From contig JAVVGL010000003.1 of NCBI GenBank assembly GCA_032249135.1, forward strand, positions 62,893 through 126,892: a stretch of 64,000 bases of DNA, written 5' to 3'. How positions within the stretch are numbered: position 1 is the first letter of the stretch; every line of letters begins with the position of its first letter. Shown piece by piece: positions 21,009 through 31,541 of this stretch. A model generated the notes under the pieces. That model was not told the DNA's origin. It did no database searches and was given only the letters and a program-made list of their open reading frames with translations. Source of the stretch: Candidatus Calescibacterium sp. Lineage in GTDB: Bacteria; Calescibacteriota; Calescibacteriia; Calescibacteriales; Calescibacteriaceae. The position numbers and the translations under genes are program-made.

Positions 21009-21869
21009 GTGAAGGAAATAAAGATAAAAAGTTGGGATGGAACTACTCTTACAATCTACGATACCGAAAAAGGTTTGGTAAATGCAGTTTTATCTAACGG
21101 ACTCGGAGGAGATATAAGAGCTTGGAGACCGATTATAGATTATTTCAAAGATAAGATAAGGTTCATCTCATGGGATTATAGAGGGTTGTACAAAAGTGAA
21201 AAACCAAAGAGCGGGTTTTACAAAATTGAACACCACGCAAAAGACCTTGAAACAATTTTAGAATATCTCAACATAAATAAAGCAGTATTTTTTGGATGGA
21301 GCATGGGAGTTCAAGTAAACCTTGAGTTCTACAAAATGCACCCAGAAAAATTTATAGCTTTTATTCAAATCAATGGTGTTGCCGGAAAACCTTTCAGAAA
21401 AGCATTTTATGGGAGATTTCCAAATTGGTTTTGGAAACTTTTTTTCATTTTTATGCAAGATGGGATGAGATGCTTCTTTCCTCTCGCAAGGATTCTTGCA
21501 AAAAAAAGCATCCTACTTAAAATTGCATCAAAGCTTGGTTTATTTACATTAAGTGAGTACAAAGATATAGCAAAAGAACTTGTTTTATCTTGGCTCAATC
21601 TTGATATGAAAGAATATGTAAAAAATTTTTCAGAACTTGGGAAACATGATAGATAAGATATTCTCACAAAAATTGAAGTTCCGACGCTAATAATTTATGG
21701 AACACGAGACCTTTTTACCCCGGCAAAATTTGCAATAGAAATGGCGGAGAGAATCAAAAACGCGGAAATTTTCGCGGTAGAAAATGGCTCCCACTATACT
21801 CCCCTTGAATTTCCCAACAAAGTAAATCAAGCAATAGAAAAGTTCCTACGGAAAAATAATGTAATATAA
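21009..21869 (+). pseudogene. Alpha/beta hydrolase interrupted by in-frame TAA at 21654-21656
   Basis: GWSMG nucleophile elbow before the stop; same frame continues DILTKIEVPTLIIYGTRDLFTP...GSHYTPLEFP to TAA 21867-69. Confidence 0.85.
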
Positions 21870-21926
21870 ACTTTATATCCCCAAAATCCATTACATCCAG
21901 TTTAACATCTTATTTTTATTTATAAT

Positions 21927-22445
21927 ATGAAAATTGGGTTTTTGGGATTGAATATTCTTTATAGTCTTTCCTCATCAGCGATCAGGAGAATTTACATCTT
22001 TATAAGAAGGAATATAAGAACAATTCTGTTCATTCTGCTTGGAACAATTTTTATATTAGTGGGAGCTTTTGGACTGATTCTACCTGTTATCCCCGGAATA
22101 CCACTTATTATTTTGGGAATTGCTTCATATATGAGAGCTTTTGGGAAAATAGGCATTATTATTATGAAGACTCCTGCAAGAAAACTAATAAACAAACAAA
22201 TTCCATCAAAAGCAAAAATTGCGATATTGATATTTATCTGGCTGTACTTATTTGCTCCTGCTGTTATTTTTACGAAAAATCAGTGGGTATGGATAATTTC
22301 TGCCTCAGTCTGTATAGTACTAACCGGATACATTATGAAGGTAAAAAGTTTCGCAGAAATCATAGGTTTAGAAGAGAAAGGAAAATCTAATTCACAAATT
22401 AAATCAGCAAAAAAAGAAAAGAAAGATAAGAGTTATAAAATATAA
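21927..22445 (+). CDS. YbaN/DUF454-like inner membrane protein
   Basis: LG..FILVGAFGLILPVIPG.P motif, IPSKAK, further hydrophobic helices. Confidence 0.6.
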   Translation: MKIGFLGLNILYSLSSSAIRRIYIFIRRNIRTILFILLGTIFILVGAFGLILPVIPGIPLIILGIASYMRAFGKIGIIIMKTPARKLINKQIPSKAKIAILIFIWLYLFAPAVIFTKNQWVWIISASVCIVLTGYIMKVKSFAEIIGLEEKGKSNSQIKSAKKEKKDKSYKI

Positions 22446-22458
22446 GACTAAATATAAG

Positions 22459-24843
22459 ATGAAAAAGAAGGAAGAAAAAATTTCGGAGAGCGTGCACATA
22501 ATAATAAAAAAGAAAAAGGAGGAAGAGCCGACGGAGAAACTACAACCTCAACCAACCGAACCACAAGAAAAAAAACAAGAAATAGACAAAGAACACAAAA
22601 GAGAGAAAGAAGAAAAGTATGAAGAAAAACACGAAAGATGGAAATTCAAAAAAGAAAGAAAAAAGGAGTTTAAATATGAGCGCAAATTTGAAAAAAAATT
22701 TGGTGAAGAAAAGGATAAATTCCAGAAAGCTAAATTCAAACCAGAGGAAACAACAAAAGAACCAAAAATAAAAGAAAAAGAATTTGTAGAAAAAAGAGAA
22801 GAAGAACCAAGAATAGAAAAAGGAATAGTAGAAAAAAAATCAGAAAGTATAGAACAACAACTAAAAGAAGATGAGAAAATCCAAATCAAAAAAGAAATTG
22901 CCCCCGAAATAGAAGAAGAAAAATTAGAGAAAGAAGAAGAAACGAAGGAACAACTCCCAAAAAAAGTAGCTGATGAGATAGAAGTCTTCGGCGAAGCCGA
23001 ATTCATAATACCTTTTAGACCGAAATATACTTTCAGAAAAAAAAGAAAATTCTGGAAAAAAGAAAGAGAAGAACAAAAACAAACAGTCCAACAAGAGACG
23101 GGTCCCAAAAAAATTAAAATACCTGAATTCATAAGAATAGCAGATCTCTCCAAAATCACAGGAATAAAAGCATCAGAGATAATATCAAAACTTATCTCCT
23201 ACGGTAAAGAGGTAACTATAAACAACACAATCTCCGCCGATGAAGCAGAACTGGTTCTCGCAGAATTCGGGATAGAAGTTGAAAGAGAAGAATTTGATGA
23301 AAGCTTATACCTTGACCTATCCCCTGATCCTGAAGATAAACTCAAACCTCGTCCTCCCGTCGTAGTTGTTATGGGACATGTTGATCATGGAAAAACAACA
23401 TTACTTGACGCTATAAGAAAAACAAAAATTGCAGAGCAAGAAATAGGAGGAATAACACAAAGCATAGGAGCTTATACTGTTGAGCTTGAAAAAGGTGTCA
23501 TAACCTTTATAGATACCCCAGGACATGAAGCATTCACGGAAATGAGAGCAAGAGGAGCTAAGGTTGCAGATATAGCGGTTCTCGTTGTTGCAGCAGATGA
23601 AGGAGTAAAACCACAAACAGAAGAAGCAATCTCACACGCAAGGGCAGCTGGGGTTCCTATAGTTGTCGCAATAAACAAAATAGATAAAGAAGGAGCTAAT
23701 CCTCATCTTGTAAAAAATCAACTCGCACAGCTTGGACTTATACCAGACGATTGGGGAGGTGATACCTTGTTTGCGGAAATATCTGCAAAAAAAAGAATAG
23801 GAATAGATGATTTACTTGAGAAAATTCTCATTCAGGCAGAGCTCCTTAATCTCAAAGCAAATCCAGATAGACCCGCTGAGGGTGTGATAATAGAATCAAG
23901 TATAGATAAAGGGCTCGGAAATATAGCTACAGTAATAGTACAAAGAGGAACTTTAAGAAAAGGAGATGTATTCGTAGCGGGACATACTTTCGGTAGAGTC
24001 AGAAATATATTCTCTGATAAAGGGAAAATTATAAAAGAACTTCTTCCCGGATTTCCCGGAAGAATTGTTATAAGTTCAGAAGAAATACCACTTGCAGGAG
24101 ATAAACTATATGTCGTAAAAGATGAAGAAACAGCGAAAAAGATAGTTGAAGAAAGAAAGAAAAGGGAGGTGAAAAGAGGCTCAATAACTCTGGAGGAAAT
24201 ATATGATAAGCTCATGCAATCGGAAGATAAGATAATTCTTCCACTGATTTTGAAAGCCAACTCAAAAGGAGCATTAGATGCTCTCGAGAAGGAAATAGCA
24301 GAAATAAAAGTTCCTCAACTTGAAATAAGGATAATACATAAAGGAATAGGAATTATATCCCAGAGCGATATAAATTTAGCGTCAGCATCAAAAGGAATAG
24401 TTATAGGATATGGTGTGGGAATAGAAAAGCAGGCACAGAACCTTGCAAAAATGCAAGGAGTCCAAGTAAGGCTATACAAAATAATATATGAGATAGTTGA
24501 TGACATAAAAAAAGCTGTAAAGGGAATGCTAAAACCGAAGGAAAAAGAAGTTATTGTTGGAACCGCTCGGATACTGAAAATATTCAAATTATCTGTTGGT
24601 AAAGTTCTCGGATGTGTTATTGAAAAAGGTAAAGTTCAACTCGGGCTTAACGCAAGAATAAAAAGGAATGGAGACGTAATCCACGAGGGCAAAATAATAT
24701 CTCTCAAAAAATTTAAAGATTCAGTAGTTGAGGTAAAAGAAGGTGAAGAATGTGGAATTCTTATAGAAGGTCTTCAGGATGCAAGGGAACAAGATTTACT
24801 TGAATGCTATAACATAATCAAAGAAGAAATAAAAATAGACTAA
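22459..24843 (+). CDS. infB: Translation initiation factor IF-2
   Basis: [40 protein letters not shown]; charged N-terminus. Confidence 0.98.
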   Translation: MKKKEEKISESVHIIIKKKKEEEPTEKLQPQPTEPQEKKQEIDKEHKREKEEKYEEKHERWKFKKERKKEFKYERKFEKKFGEEKDKFQKAKFKPEETTKEPKIKEKEFVEKREEEPRIEKGIVEKKSESIEQQLKEDEKIQIKKEIAPEIEEEKLEKEEETKEQLPKKVADEIEVFGEAEFIIPFRPKYTFRKKRKFWKKEREEQKQTVQQETGPKKIKIPEFIRIADLSKITGIKASEIISKLISYGKEVTINNTISADEAELVLAEFGIEVEREEFDESLYLDLSPDPEDKLKPRPPVVVVMGHVDHGKTTLLDAIRKTKIAEQEIGGITQSIGAYTVELEKGVITFIDTPGHEAFTEMRARGAKVADIAVLVVAADEGVKPQTEEAISHARAAGVPIVVAINKIDKEGANPHLVKNQLAQLGLIPDDWGGDTLFAEISAKKRIGIDDLLEKILIQAELLNLKANPDRPAEGVIIESSIDKGLGNIATVIVQRGTLRKGDVFVAGHTFGRVRNIFSDKGKIIKELLPGFPGRIVISSEEIPLAGDKLYVVKDEETAKKIVEERKKREVKRGSITLEEIYDKLMQSEDKIILPLILKANSKGALDALEKEIAEIKVPQLEIRIIHKGIGIISQSDINLASASKGIVIGYGVGIEKQAQNLAKMQGVQVRLYKIIYEIVDDIKKAVKGMLKPKEKEVIVGTARILKIFKLSVGKVLGCVIEKGKVQLGLNARIKRNGDVIHEGKIISLKKFKDSVVEVKEGEECGILIEGLQDAREQDLLECYNIIKEEIKID

Positions 24844-24872
24844 CAGATAAAAATAGATTAAAAGAAAAAGAC

Positions 24873-25163
24873 TTACTTCAAGAAATCTCCTTCTGCTGTT
24901 TCTATAATTCTAGCAGAGAAATTTTGAGATGTAACTATGTCAGATTTTATTCTTGCCTGCTGGCTCTTTGAAAGTATGAGCATAGCCTGCGGCTTTATAA
25001 CCCTTTGCCTTATGACAAGCTCCTTGATACGAATAACCCTTGGTTGCTTTTTCTTACCTATTTTTTGAGCAAAAAGATCTGGAACAACAAAAAGAAAATT
25101 TATAAAGGAAATAAAAGCAAAAACAAAAAGAAAAAATACAAATTTTTTCTTAAAACTCATCAT
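24873..25163 (-). CDS. Small secreted protein, GltF/CglF-like
   Basis: Signal peptide ending LFA-Q; PRVIRIKELVIRQRVIKPQAMLILSKS...NFSARII recalls myxobacterial GltF-family pattern. Confidence 0.45.
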   Translation of the reverse strand: MMSFKKKFVFFLFVFAFISFINFLFVVPDLFAQKIGKKKQPRVIRIKELVIRQRVIKPQAMLILSKSQQARIKSDIVTSQNFSARIIETAEGDFLK

Positions 25164-25273
25164 AATTCACAAAACTTTTCCTTCCTGATTATATTTTTAC
25201 TTATAAAAAACTGAATTTGTCTAATATATTAATATTAATCATGAAAAGATTTTTTTGTTGAAATGTAAAAAAT

Positions 25274-25786
25274 ATGGGGCGGAAAATTCCTTTGAAAAAT
25301 ATAATAAAGTATTCTTTGAAATATTGCGGGAACGATTACAGAAAACTAAAAGCATTATATGAGTTCATCAACTTGCTTTTGGAAGAAAAAATAGAGAAAA
25401 TAGAAAAAGGAATAGAGGATATAAAATTTCCTTTCGGTTCACAAAAAAAACTTGAATTAAAGTTAGACGAAAAAGTACTGGCATTTCTGAAAGAAGCTGA
25501 AAAGATGGGGAAATCGGCAAGCAGTCTTTTGTGTGAAATCCTTTGTAAAACATACAACATAAACTACAATTTTACAAGCAGAAAGCCAAAACAAAAAAAA
25601 CTAAAAGGGACTGTCTCCTTAAAAATACCTTCTTTTATTTGTGCAGTTATTGAAAGAAAAGAAAGAAATCAGGATTTATCAAAAATTTCAAGAAAAGTAA
25701 TAAGTGAATTTTTAGAAGGCAGAATAAAATATGAAGAAAAAGCTATAAACTATGAAAATAATTTACAGCAAGCTAAAATGAAATAA
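25274..25786 (+). CDS. Hypothetical protein, possibly two ribbon-helix-helix modules
   Basis: KLELKLDEKV...GKSASSLLCEIL and TVSLKIPSF...LSKISRKVISEFL patterns. Confidence 0.45.
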   Translation: MGRKIPLKNIIKYSLKYCGNDYRKLKALYEFINLLLEEKIEKIEKGIEDIKFPFGSQKKLELKLDEKVLAFLKEAEKMGKSASSLLCEILCKTYNINYNFTSRKPKQKKLKGTVSLKIPSFICAVIERKERNQDLSKISRKVISEFLEGRIKYEEKAINYENNLQQAKMK

Positions 25787-25867
25787 AGGAACAAAAAATA
25801 GAATAGAAAAGAATAGAAAAAAAAGAAAAGAAAAAAATCAGCAGTTAAAAAGTGAAGAGAGAATAAA

Positions 25868-26161
25868 ATGAAAACGGGAAAGACGAAAATCATAAAAAGA
25901 GAAAAAAATGAAATGAAAAGAAGAAAAAGAAAAGGAAAAATTTATGAAATTTATGAGAAGAAAATTGAAAGTGAAATTTCAAGAAATGGGTATATATGTG
26001 GAACATTAAAAGAACTTGCAGAACTACTACAAATCCCTTTGAGCTCATTCAGGAAGTCTATAAACTCCCAAAAGTTCAAAAAAGAAAAATTGAGGCAAAG
26101 CCGACAAATGTTTTACTTCATCTCTCTCGCAAAACCCAATAGAGAAAAAAAGAATCTTTAA
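25868..26161 (+). CDS. Small basic hypothetical protein, possible HTH
   Basis: TLKELAELLQIPLSSFRKSI; start uncertain. Confidence 0.35.
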   Translation: MKTGKTKIIKREKNEMKRRKRKGKIYEIYEKKIESEISRNGYICGTLKELAELLQIPLSSFRKSINSQKFKKEKLRQSRQMFYFISLAKPNREKKNL

Positions 26162-26172
26162 AACACAAAAAA

Positions 26173-26805
26173 TCACTTACGAAAAAAATCACATAAATCC
26201 GAAAAAGGACAAATCTCACATTCCGGATTTTTTGCATGACATATTTTCTTTCCGTGCCTTATTAAAGCAAAAGAAAATCTCGTCCAATCTTTCTCTGGGA
26301 CTACCTTTTTAATTTCTTCTTCCACTTCCTCACGGTCCGCACTTTTACTCACAAGCCCTAATCTTTTTGACACTCTATCAAAATGTGTATCTACTATGAT
26401 TGCAGGCTTTCCGAAAGCTCCACCCAAAATCATATTTGCAGTCTTACTCCCAACCCCCTTTATTTTCATAAGTTCCTCCTTTGAATCCGGAACTTTACCG
26501 CCGTAGTTTTCAATCAAAAATTTTGAAGCATCAATTATTGCCTGTGCTTTTTTATACCAGTAATTTATTTTTGAAATGAATGGTTCAAGATCTTCGGGTT
26601 TGAGTTTTGAAAAATCTTCTGGTGTTTTATACACCTGAAAAAGTTTTTCTGTTACTTGATTTACAACCTCATCTTTGGCTTGGGCAGCGAGTATAGCAGC
26701 AACCAAAAGCTCAAAAGGAGAACTAAATTTCAAGTCTAACTTTTCAGCAGGATAGACTTCAAGAATTTTATTTATCAGCTTTTCAACTTTACTATAATGT
26801 TTCAT
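26173..26805 (-). CDS. nth: Endonuclease III
   Basis: FELLVAAILAAQ, HhH GVGSKTAN, VDTH, CHAKNPECEICPFSDLC. Confidence 0.95.
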   Translation of the reverse strand: MKHYSKVEKLINKILEVYPAEKLDLKFSSPFELLVAAILAAQAKDEVVNQVTEKLFQVYKTPEDFSKLKPEDLEPFISKINYWYKKAQAIIDASKFLIENYGGKVPDSKEELMKIKGVGSKTANMILGGAFGKPAIIVDTHFDRVSKRLGLVSKSADREEVEEEIKKVVPEKDWTRFSFALIRHGKKICHAKNPECEICPFSDLCDFFRK

Positions 26806-26830
26806 CTGCAAACTTTCTGTGTTATTTACT

Positions 26831-28330
26831 TCAAATTATACTTGATAAGAAATTTGCAAAATCTAACTCATTTGGAGTTTTTTTATGAACAGGATAAATT
26901 TTTTTCTCCTCTCCTTCGAAAGTATAAGTTCCTTTTTTCTCATAGGGTAAAGTTGCAGGGAAGAACAGAGCTTGTACTTGTACCTTTTGTGGAGGGAAAT
27001 TATCCATAACTATAAGAAATTCTGACTTTATCTTTGATGCATCAAATTTAGTTTTGTCTGCACCAAGAGAATATAAAATAACAGCATCATATTCACCAAG
27101 CATAGCTTTCCTTATTATATCCTCATTTATACCCCCCAATATTTTCTCCCCACCTTTGAAATTAGGAGCTCTTGTAGGTTTCAACAGTATATTATCTCCT
27201 TCTTTTATTATTGGGTAGATAAGAGAAATATCTGAACCAGATTTTTCAGCGAGACTTTTGAAAGCTTGCATTTCTTCATTTGTAGCAAATGGGGTGATAA
27301 ATATTGCTCTCTTCTTGAAAGCAAAAAATCTTTTTGAAATTTCTTTGAACGATTCCCAATCTAACTTTTCAGCTTTACTATCTGATAAAGAGTAAAAGTT
27401 CTCATCGCGAGGGAAAAAGAACTCCCTCCATCCCCATCTTCCAACATCACATATTATCAAGTCCTCCGTATAGAGTTTATCATACGAATGCGCTCCAATT
27501 TCTTCTATTCCCTCAATTTCCTGATAGGCAGGCTGAATCAGCTCCTCATTTTTTGTGTAAAGATGTTCTTCTGCTTTGTCTAACATATTATCAAATGTTT
27601 TTATTCTTACGATTTTACCCTTCCACGATTCAACAACGATTCTACAACCCTTCTCACATAATGGACATCTTGTAAGAGCTTTCTTAGTTCTCCACGCACG
27701 CGGAAGATACACAGTAGCTTCATCAACAAGCGCTCCAACTGGACAAAGATCAACTATATTTCCTGAATAATTACTATTTACAAATTTTTCTGGGAATATA
27801 ACAAGATCTGATAAAAATCCGCGACGGGAAACTGTTATACCACCAACTTTAACAAAGTCTTCAAGGAATCTTACACATCTTGTACAAAGAACGCATCTTT
27901 CCTTGAAAAGCAAAATCTTTTCAGAAACTCTTGACCAACCTTTCAACCTTCTTTTTCCATCATATCTTTTCTTTTCTGGACCCCATATATATGTGAAATT
28001 TTGAAGGTCACATTCACCGGAACGAGGACAAACAGGACAATCAACTGGATGATGCTGCAAAAGCATCTCCAAAGCTAAATTTCTCAATTTTCGGACCTTT
28101 TCATCTTTTGTATCTACAACCATATCTTTGTCAACTGTTATCGTGCATGCAGTAGTTGGTCTTGGCATACCTTCAATTTTCACAAAACACATCCTACACT
28201 GAGCTACAACTGGTAAAAGCGGATGATAGCAGTAGTGAGGTATATAAACCCCCGCTTTCAAAGCTGCAATAATAAGATTTGTACCCTTTTGAACCTCTAT
28301 CTCTTTACCATCTATTTTTAGTATAGGCAT
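26831..28330 (-). CDS. nuoG: NADH-quinone oxidoreductase subunit G-like (short form)
   Basis: IPHYCYHP, QCRMC, HPVDCPVCPRSGECDLQ, RCVLCTRCVRF, DLCPVGAL, CPLCEKGC. Confidence 0.85.
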   Translation of the reverse strand: MPILKIDGKEIEVQKGTNLIIAALKAGVYIPHYCYHPLLPVVAQCRMCFVKIEGMPRPTTACTITVDKDMVVDTKDEKVRKLRNLALEMLLQHHPVDCPVCPRSGECDLQNFTYIWGPEKKRYDGKRRLKGWSRVSEKILLFKERCVLCTRCVRFLEDFVKVGGITVSRRGFLSDLVIFPEKFVNSNYSGNIVDLCPVGALVDEATVYLPRAWRTKKALTRCPLCEKGCRIVVESWKGKIVRIKTFDNMLDKAEEHLYTKNEELIQPAYQEIEGIEEIGAHSYDKLYTEDLIICDVGRWGWREFFFPRDENFYSLSDSKAEKLDWESFKEISKRFFAFKKRAIFITPFATNEEMQAFKSLAEKSGSDISLIYPIIKEGDNILLKPTRAPNFKGGEKILGGINEDIIRKAMLGEYDAVILYSLGADKTKFDASKIKSEFLIVMDNFPPQKVQVQALFFPATLPYEKKGTYTFEGEEKKIYPVHKKTPNELDFANFLSSII

Positions 28331-28554
28331 GCGAATTTATTTTAATTTGATAATATCTCTTTTAATTTGATAATACCCAAAAAATTTGGAAATTATACTG
28401 AAAACTTTATTCCAAAACAAATTGACCAAAAAAATTGAAAACCCGTTGTTTCCCAAAAATCCAACATTTCTCAACTTAAATCCAACATTTACCAAATTCC
28501 TGAAAGAAAAAAGAAAAATGCATTGAGGAAAGAAAATATATAAAAGTAAAGCTT

Positions 28555-29514
28555 ATGAAGTCAGCTTACTTTGAAAAATTTGGGATAACTAATCTTGAAG
28601 TAAAGGATTTAGAGGAGCCTAAACAGGACAAAGATCACATATTAATCAGAGTTGAGTATGCAACTGTAAATCCAATTGATTATTTTACTGTTGAAGGGAG
28701 AAGAAAGGTTCATCCTCTACCGCACATACCCGGAGTTGAAATCTTCGGAAGCGTAGCAGAAGGAGAAAATAAAGGAAAAAAAGTAGTTGTGTATCCAAGG
28801 CTTTTTTGCGGGAGCTGTTATTTATGCGTATCAGGGAAAGAGATGTTGTGTTCTGGGGAGTTATTCGGAGTTTCATCAAACGGAGGATTTTCTGAATTAG
28901 CATTAGTTCCTAAAAAAAATGTTTTCTTTATTGAAGAAAGCATTTCAGAAGAAGTTGCTTCAAGTCTTGGAGTAGGAGCACTAACGGCGTATCACGCTAT
29001 GAAATTGGTGGAGCCGGGAGAAAATGTTGCTATATTTGGAGCAACGGGACACACCGGAATGTTCCTCATACAATTTGCAAAAATGAGAAGCTGCCATGTT
29101 TTTGCTGTAACAAGGAAAAAATCAAGGTGGCTGAAAGATTTTGGAGCAGATGAAATTTTATCTCCGGAGGAAGCTTACGAAAAGTTAAAGGGAAAATGCA
29201 CAACCGTAATAGATCCACTTGGCTCACAAACTTTTTCCCTTTCATTTCCATTAGTATCAAAAGGAGGAAAATTTATAACTTTTGGTATCCTGACAGGTGA
29301 TAAAGTTGAGCTGAGTTTATTCACTACTTATTCAAATGAAATTTCAATTTTTGGAGTAACAGGAGGAACAAGGAAAGAGATGTTTGAAGTAATAAAACTT
29401 GCTCCCCGTCTTAAAGTCAGAGTATGGAAAGAATTCAAACTTGAAAAAATAAAAGAAGCTTTCTCAGAACTTATGAAACCAGAAAGAGAAGGGAAAATAT
29501 TACTGAAAGTTTAG
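28555..29514 (+). CDS. Zinc-binding (MDR) alcohol dehydrogenase
   Basis: PHIPGVE, CGSCYLCVSGKEMLC, GATGHTG. Confidence 0.9.
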   Translation: MKSAYFEKFGITNLEVKDLEEPKQDKDHILIRVEYATVNPIDYFTVEGRRKVHPLPHIPGVEIFGSVAEGENKGKKVVVYPRLFCGSCYLCVSGKEMLCSGELFGVSSNGGFSELALVPKKNVFFIEESISEEVASSLGVGALTAYHAMKLVEPGENVAIFGATGHTGMFLIQFAKMRSCHVFAVTRKKSRWLKDFGADEILSPEEAYEKLKGKCTTVIDPLGSQTFSLSFPLVSKGGKFITFGILTGDKVELSLFTTYSNEISIFGVTGGTRKEMFEVIKLAPRLKVRVWKEFKLEKIKEAFSELMKPEREGKILLKV

Positions 29515-30780
29515 TCTCCTTGAAACAAACTCAGCAATAGAGGTTATTGGATCTGGGAATTTACAAACTTCGGGCTGATAAGAAAGTTCAAATCTTCTTA
29601 TCTCATCAATCTTTATTTTCTTTTTTATGCAGATATAGAATATGTCAAGAAGATGTCTTATTTCTGATCTCAGATTTGAAAAACCCTGGACATCTACGAT
29701 ATTTCCTTTATCATCAACCTCAACTGAAACTACCATTCTATCATCAGCAGAAAAAGGCAAGACTTTCAAGTCAAGTGTAAATGTTGATGTTTTTTCTGGT
29801 TTATTTATTATTGCTACTTTACCTATTTCAAATCCGAAAGCCTTTATAAGACAAGGAGCAACCATTTTTTCATATTTTTCTGATGGTTCTTTACCCTGAA
29901 TTATAGCCCACATGTTTCTTGCCGCAACTCTTGCTTGTTCAGCAGCAATCGGAGCAACTCTTGGAACATCAAAATCTTCAATACAATCTCCCGCAGCAAA
30001 AATATAATCATATGAAGAATTATCTCTCTCATTCTTTACTCTCATATATTCATCCACTTTGATTTTATGCGGAAGTGGGTTATTAGGTATAAAACCAACG
30101 GAAAATATTACGAAGTCTGAATCAAGATTTTGAGGATTTTCTACTTTTTGTCCAAAGTGAAATTTCACAGGGTGTTTTTTTTCTTCAACTATCTTTTTTT
30201 GTATATATTCAAGGAGTTTTTGAGAGAGGTCTTTTTTTAGGAACCTCGGAAGAATCTGATCTCCCATTTCAAAAACTTCAACTTCTGAATGAGTAGATAA
30301 AGCACTTGCTAACTCAATCCCCAATATACCTGCTCCTATTATAAAGATATTTTTTGCATTTTGAAGTCTTTTTTTTATCTCAACAACATCTTCGTATTTT
30401 GTAGCTTTGAAAACTTTGTTTGAAAATTTTTGATCTTTTGGGATTGGTGTTTCACCTCCTGTGGCTATGAAAATAAAATCAAAGCTCATTTTTTCTACCC
30501 CACCGTCTTTTAAGAATGATATTTCCCTTTTTTCTGGTTCAACTTCTAAAACTTCCGCTTGAATAACTTTTATATCTTTGAGATTTATAGGTTCTATCAA
30601 ATCTTCTGGATTTATTTTCCCTTCCAGTGCTTCTGGGATTGAGCATGGATGGAAAATTTTTGCTCCTCTTTTTTCAAACAGAGTTACATCACACTTCAAA
30701 TTAGCTTTAAGTCTTCTCAGCTCGGTTATAAATGTTATACCTGCCGTTCCGAGACCTAATACTGCAACTTTTACTTTCAT
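29500..30780 (-). CDS. FAD-dependent pyridine nucleotide-disulfide oxidoreductase (NADH oxidase/CoA-disulfide reductase-like)
   Basis: GLGTAG, HPCSIP, IATG, GAGILGIE, IFAAGDC, SYQP..DP. Confidence 0.8.
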   Translation of the reverse strand: MKVKVAVLGLGTAGITFITELRRLKANLKCDVTLFEKRGAKIFHPCSIPEALEGKINPEDLIEPINLKDIKVIQAEVLEVEPEKREISFLKDGGVEKMSFDFIFIATGGETPIPKDQKFSNKVFKATKYEDVVEIKKRLQNAKNIFIIGAGILGIELASALSTHSEVEVFEMGDQILPRFLKKDLSQKLLEYIQKKIVEEKKHPVKFHFGQKVENPQNLDSDFVIFSVGFIPNNPLPHKIKVDEYMRVKNERDNSSYDYIFAAGDCIEDFDVPRVAPIAAEQARVAARNMWAIIQGKEPSEKYEKMVAPCLIKAFGFEIGKVAIINKPEKTSTFTLDLKVLPFSADDRMVVSVEVDDKGNIVDVQGFSNLRSEIRHLLDIFYICIKKKIKIDEIRRFELSYQPEVCKFPDPITSIAEFVSRRLNFQ

Positions 30781-30806
30781 GACCTGAAAATTTAATTACA
30801 CTTTGA

Positions 30807-30989
30807 TCATTTTTTGAATCTATCCAAGGATTCTTGTAAAGCTTTATTTTCATCTCTTACAACAATCTGCCCCAGTTGTTCGGCTATTTCATAATGTTTA
30901 TGCGTATCCTTCACAACTTTTATAACCTCGTTCATATCAAATGTGTCTGCTTCATATTTTTCATCATCAACTATTAAAACCTTAGCCAT
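30807..30989 (-). CDS. 60-aa internally deleted paralog of the upstream response regulator
   Basis: MAKVLIVDDEK joined in frame to FDMNEVI.VVKD.HKHYE...VVRDENKALQESL. Confidence 0.6.
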   Translation of the reverse strand: MAKVLIVDDEKYEADTFDMNEVIKVVKDTHKHYEIAEQLGQIVVRDENKALQESLDRFKK

Positions 30990-31070
30990 ACTTACAATTT
31001 ATTATTTTTTTCTTTTTTGCTTTTTTTAGCTTTTTAATTCCTTTGTTAAAAAGCGGGAGCTATTTTAATG

Positions 31071-31541
31071 TCACTTTTTGAGAATCTCCAATGTTTTTCT
31101 GAGCCTCTCTAAAGATTCTTGTAAAGCTTTATTTTCATCTCTTACAACAACTTGTCCCGACTGTTTGGCTCTTTCATAATGTTTATGTGCATCTTTTACA
31201 ACTCTTATAACCTCGTTCATATCAAAAGGTTTTTTAAGACATGCGTAAGCTCCTGATTTTATAGCTTCCTTAAAAGCTTCAAGAGAAGGGTAGCCAGTAA
31301 CGAGAACTATTTGTGCATAAGATTTCAAATCATTCTTTGCTCTCTTAATAAAATCAAGTCCACTCATTCCTGGTAAGTTCTTGTCTAATAAAACAACTGC
31401 TATATCTTTATCAAGTTGAAGTTTTCTCAATCCAATCTCCCCAGTTGGTGCCCAATCCGTCTCATATCCTGCAAGTTGGCATATCTCTGCTAAAACATCA
31501 GCTACATCTTTCTCATCATCAACTATTAGGACCTTAGCCAT
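31071..31541 (-). CDS. Response regulator (receiver domain plus C-terminal coiled coil)
   Basis: VLIVDDE, LLDKNLPGMSG, VTG, KPF. Confidence 0.93.
   Translation of the reverse strand: MAKVLIVDDEKDVADVLAEICQLAGYETDWAPTGEIGLRKLQLDKDIAVVLLDKNLPGMSGLDFIKRAKNDLKSYAQIVLVTGYPSLEAFKEAIKSGAYACLKKPFDMNEVIRVVKDAHKHYERAKQSGQVVVRDENKALQESLERLRKTLEILKK

Noticed and set aside
21654-21656. Stop-codon reassignment or selenocysteine/pyrrolysine readthrough
   Set aside because: Codon is TAA, which terminates many genes in the window
22548-23159. 203-aa antisense ORF and the many other overlapping short ORFs
   Set aside because: Shadows of Lys/Glu-rich sense genes (Phe/Ser-rich), with no motifs
25221-25240. 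Palindrome attaatattaat as an operator
   Set aside because: Pure AT sequence, expected by chance at this composition
28555-29514. Archaeal horizontal origin of the Zn-ADH
   Set aside because: Only an impression of similarity; needs a phylogeny
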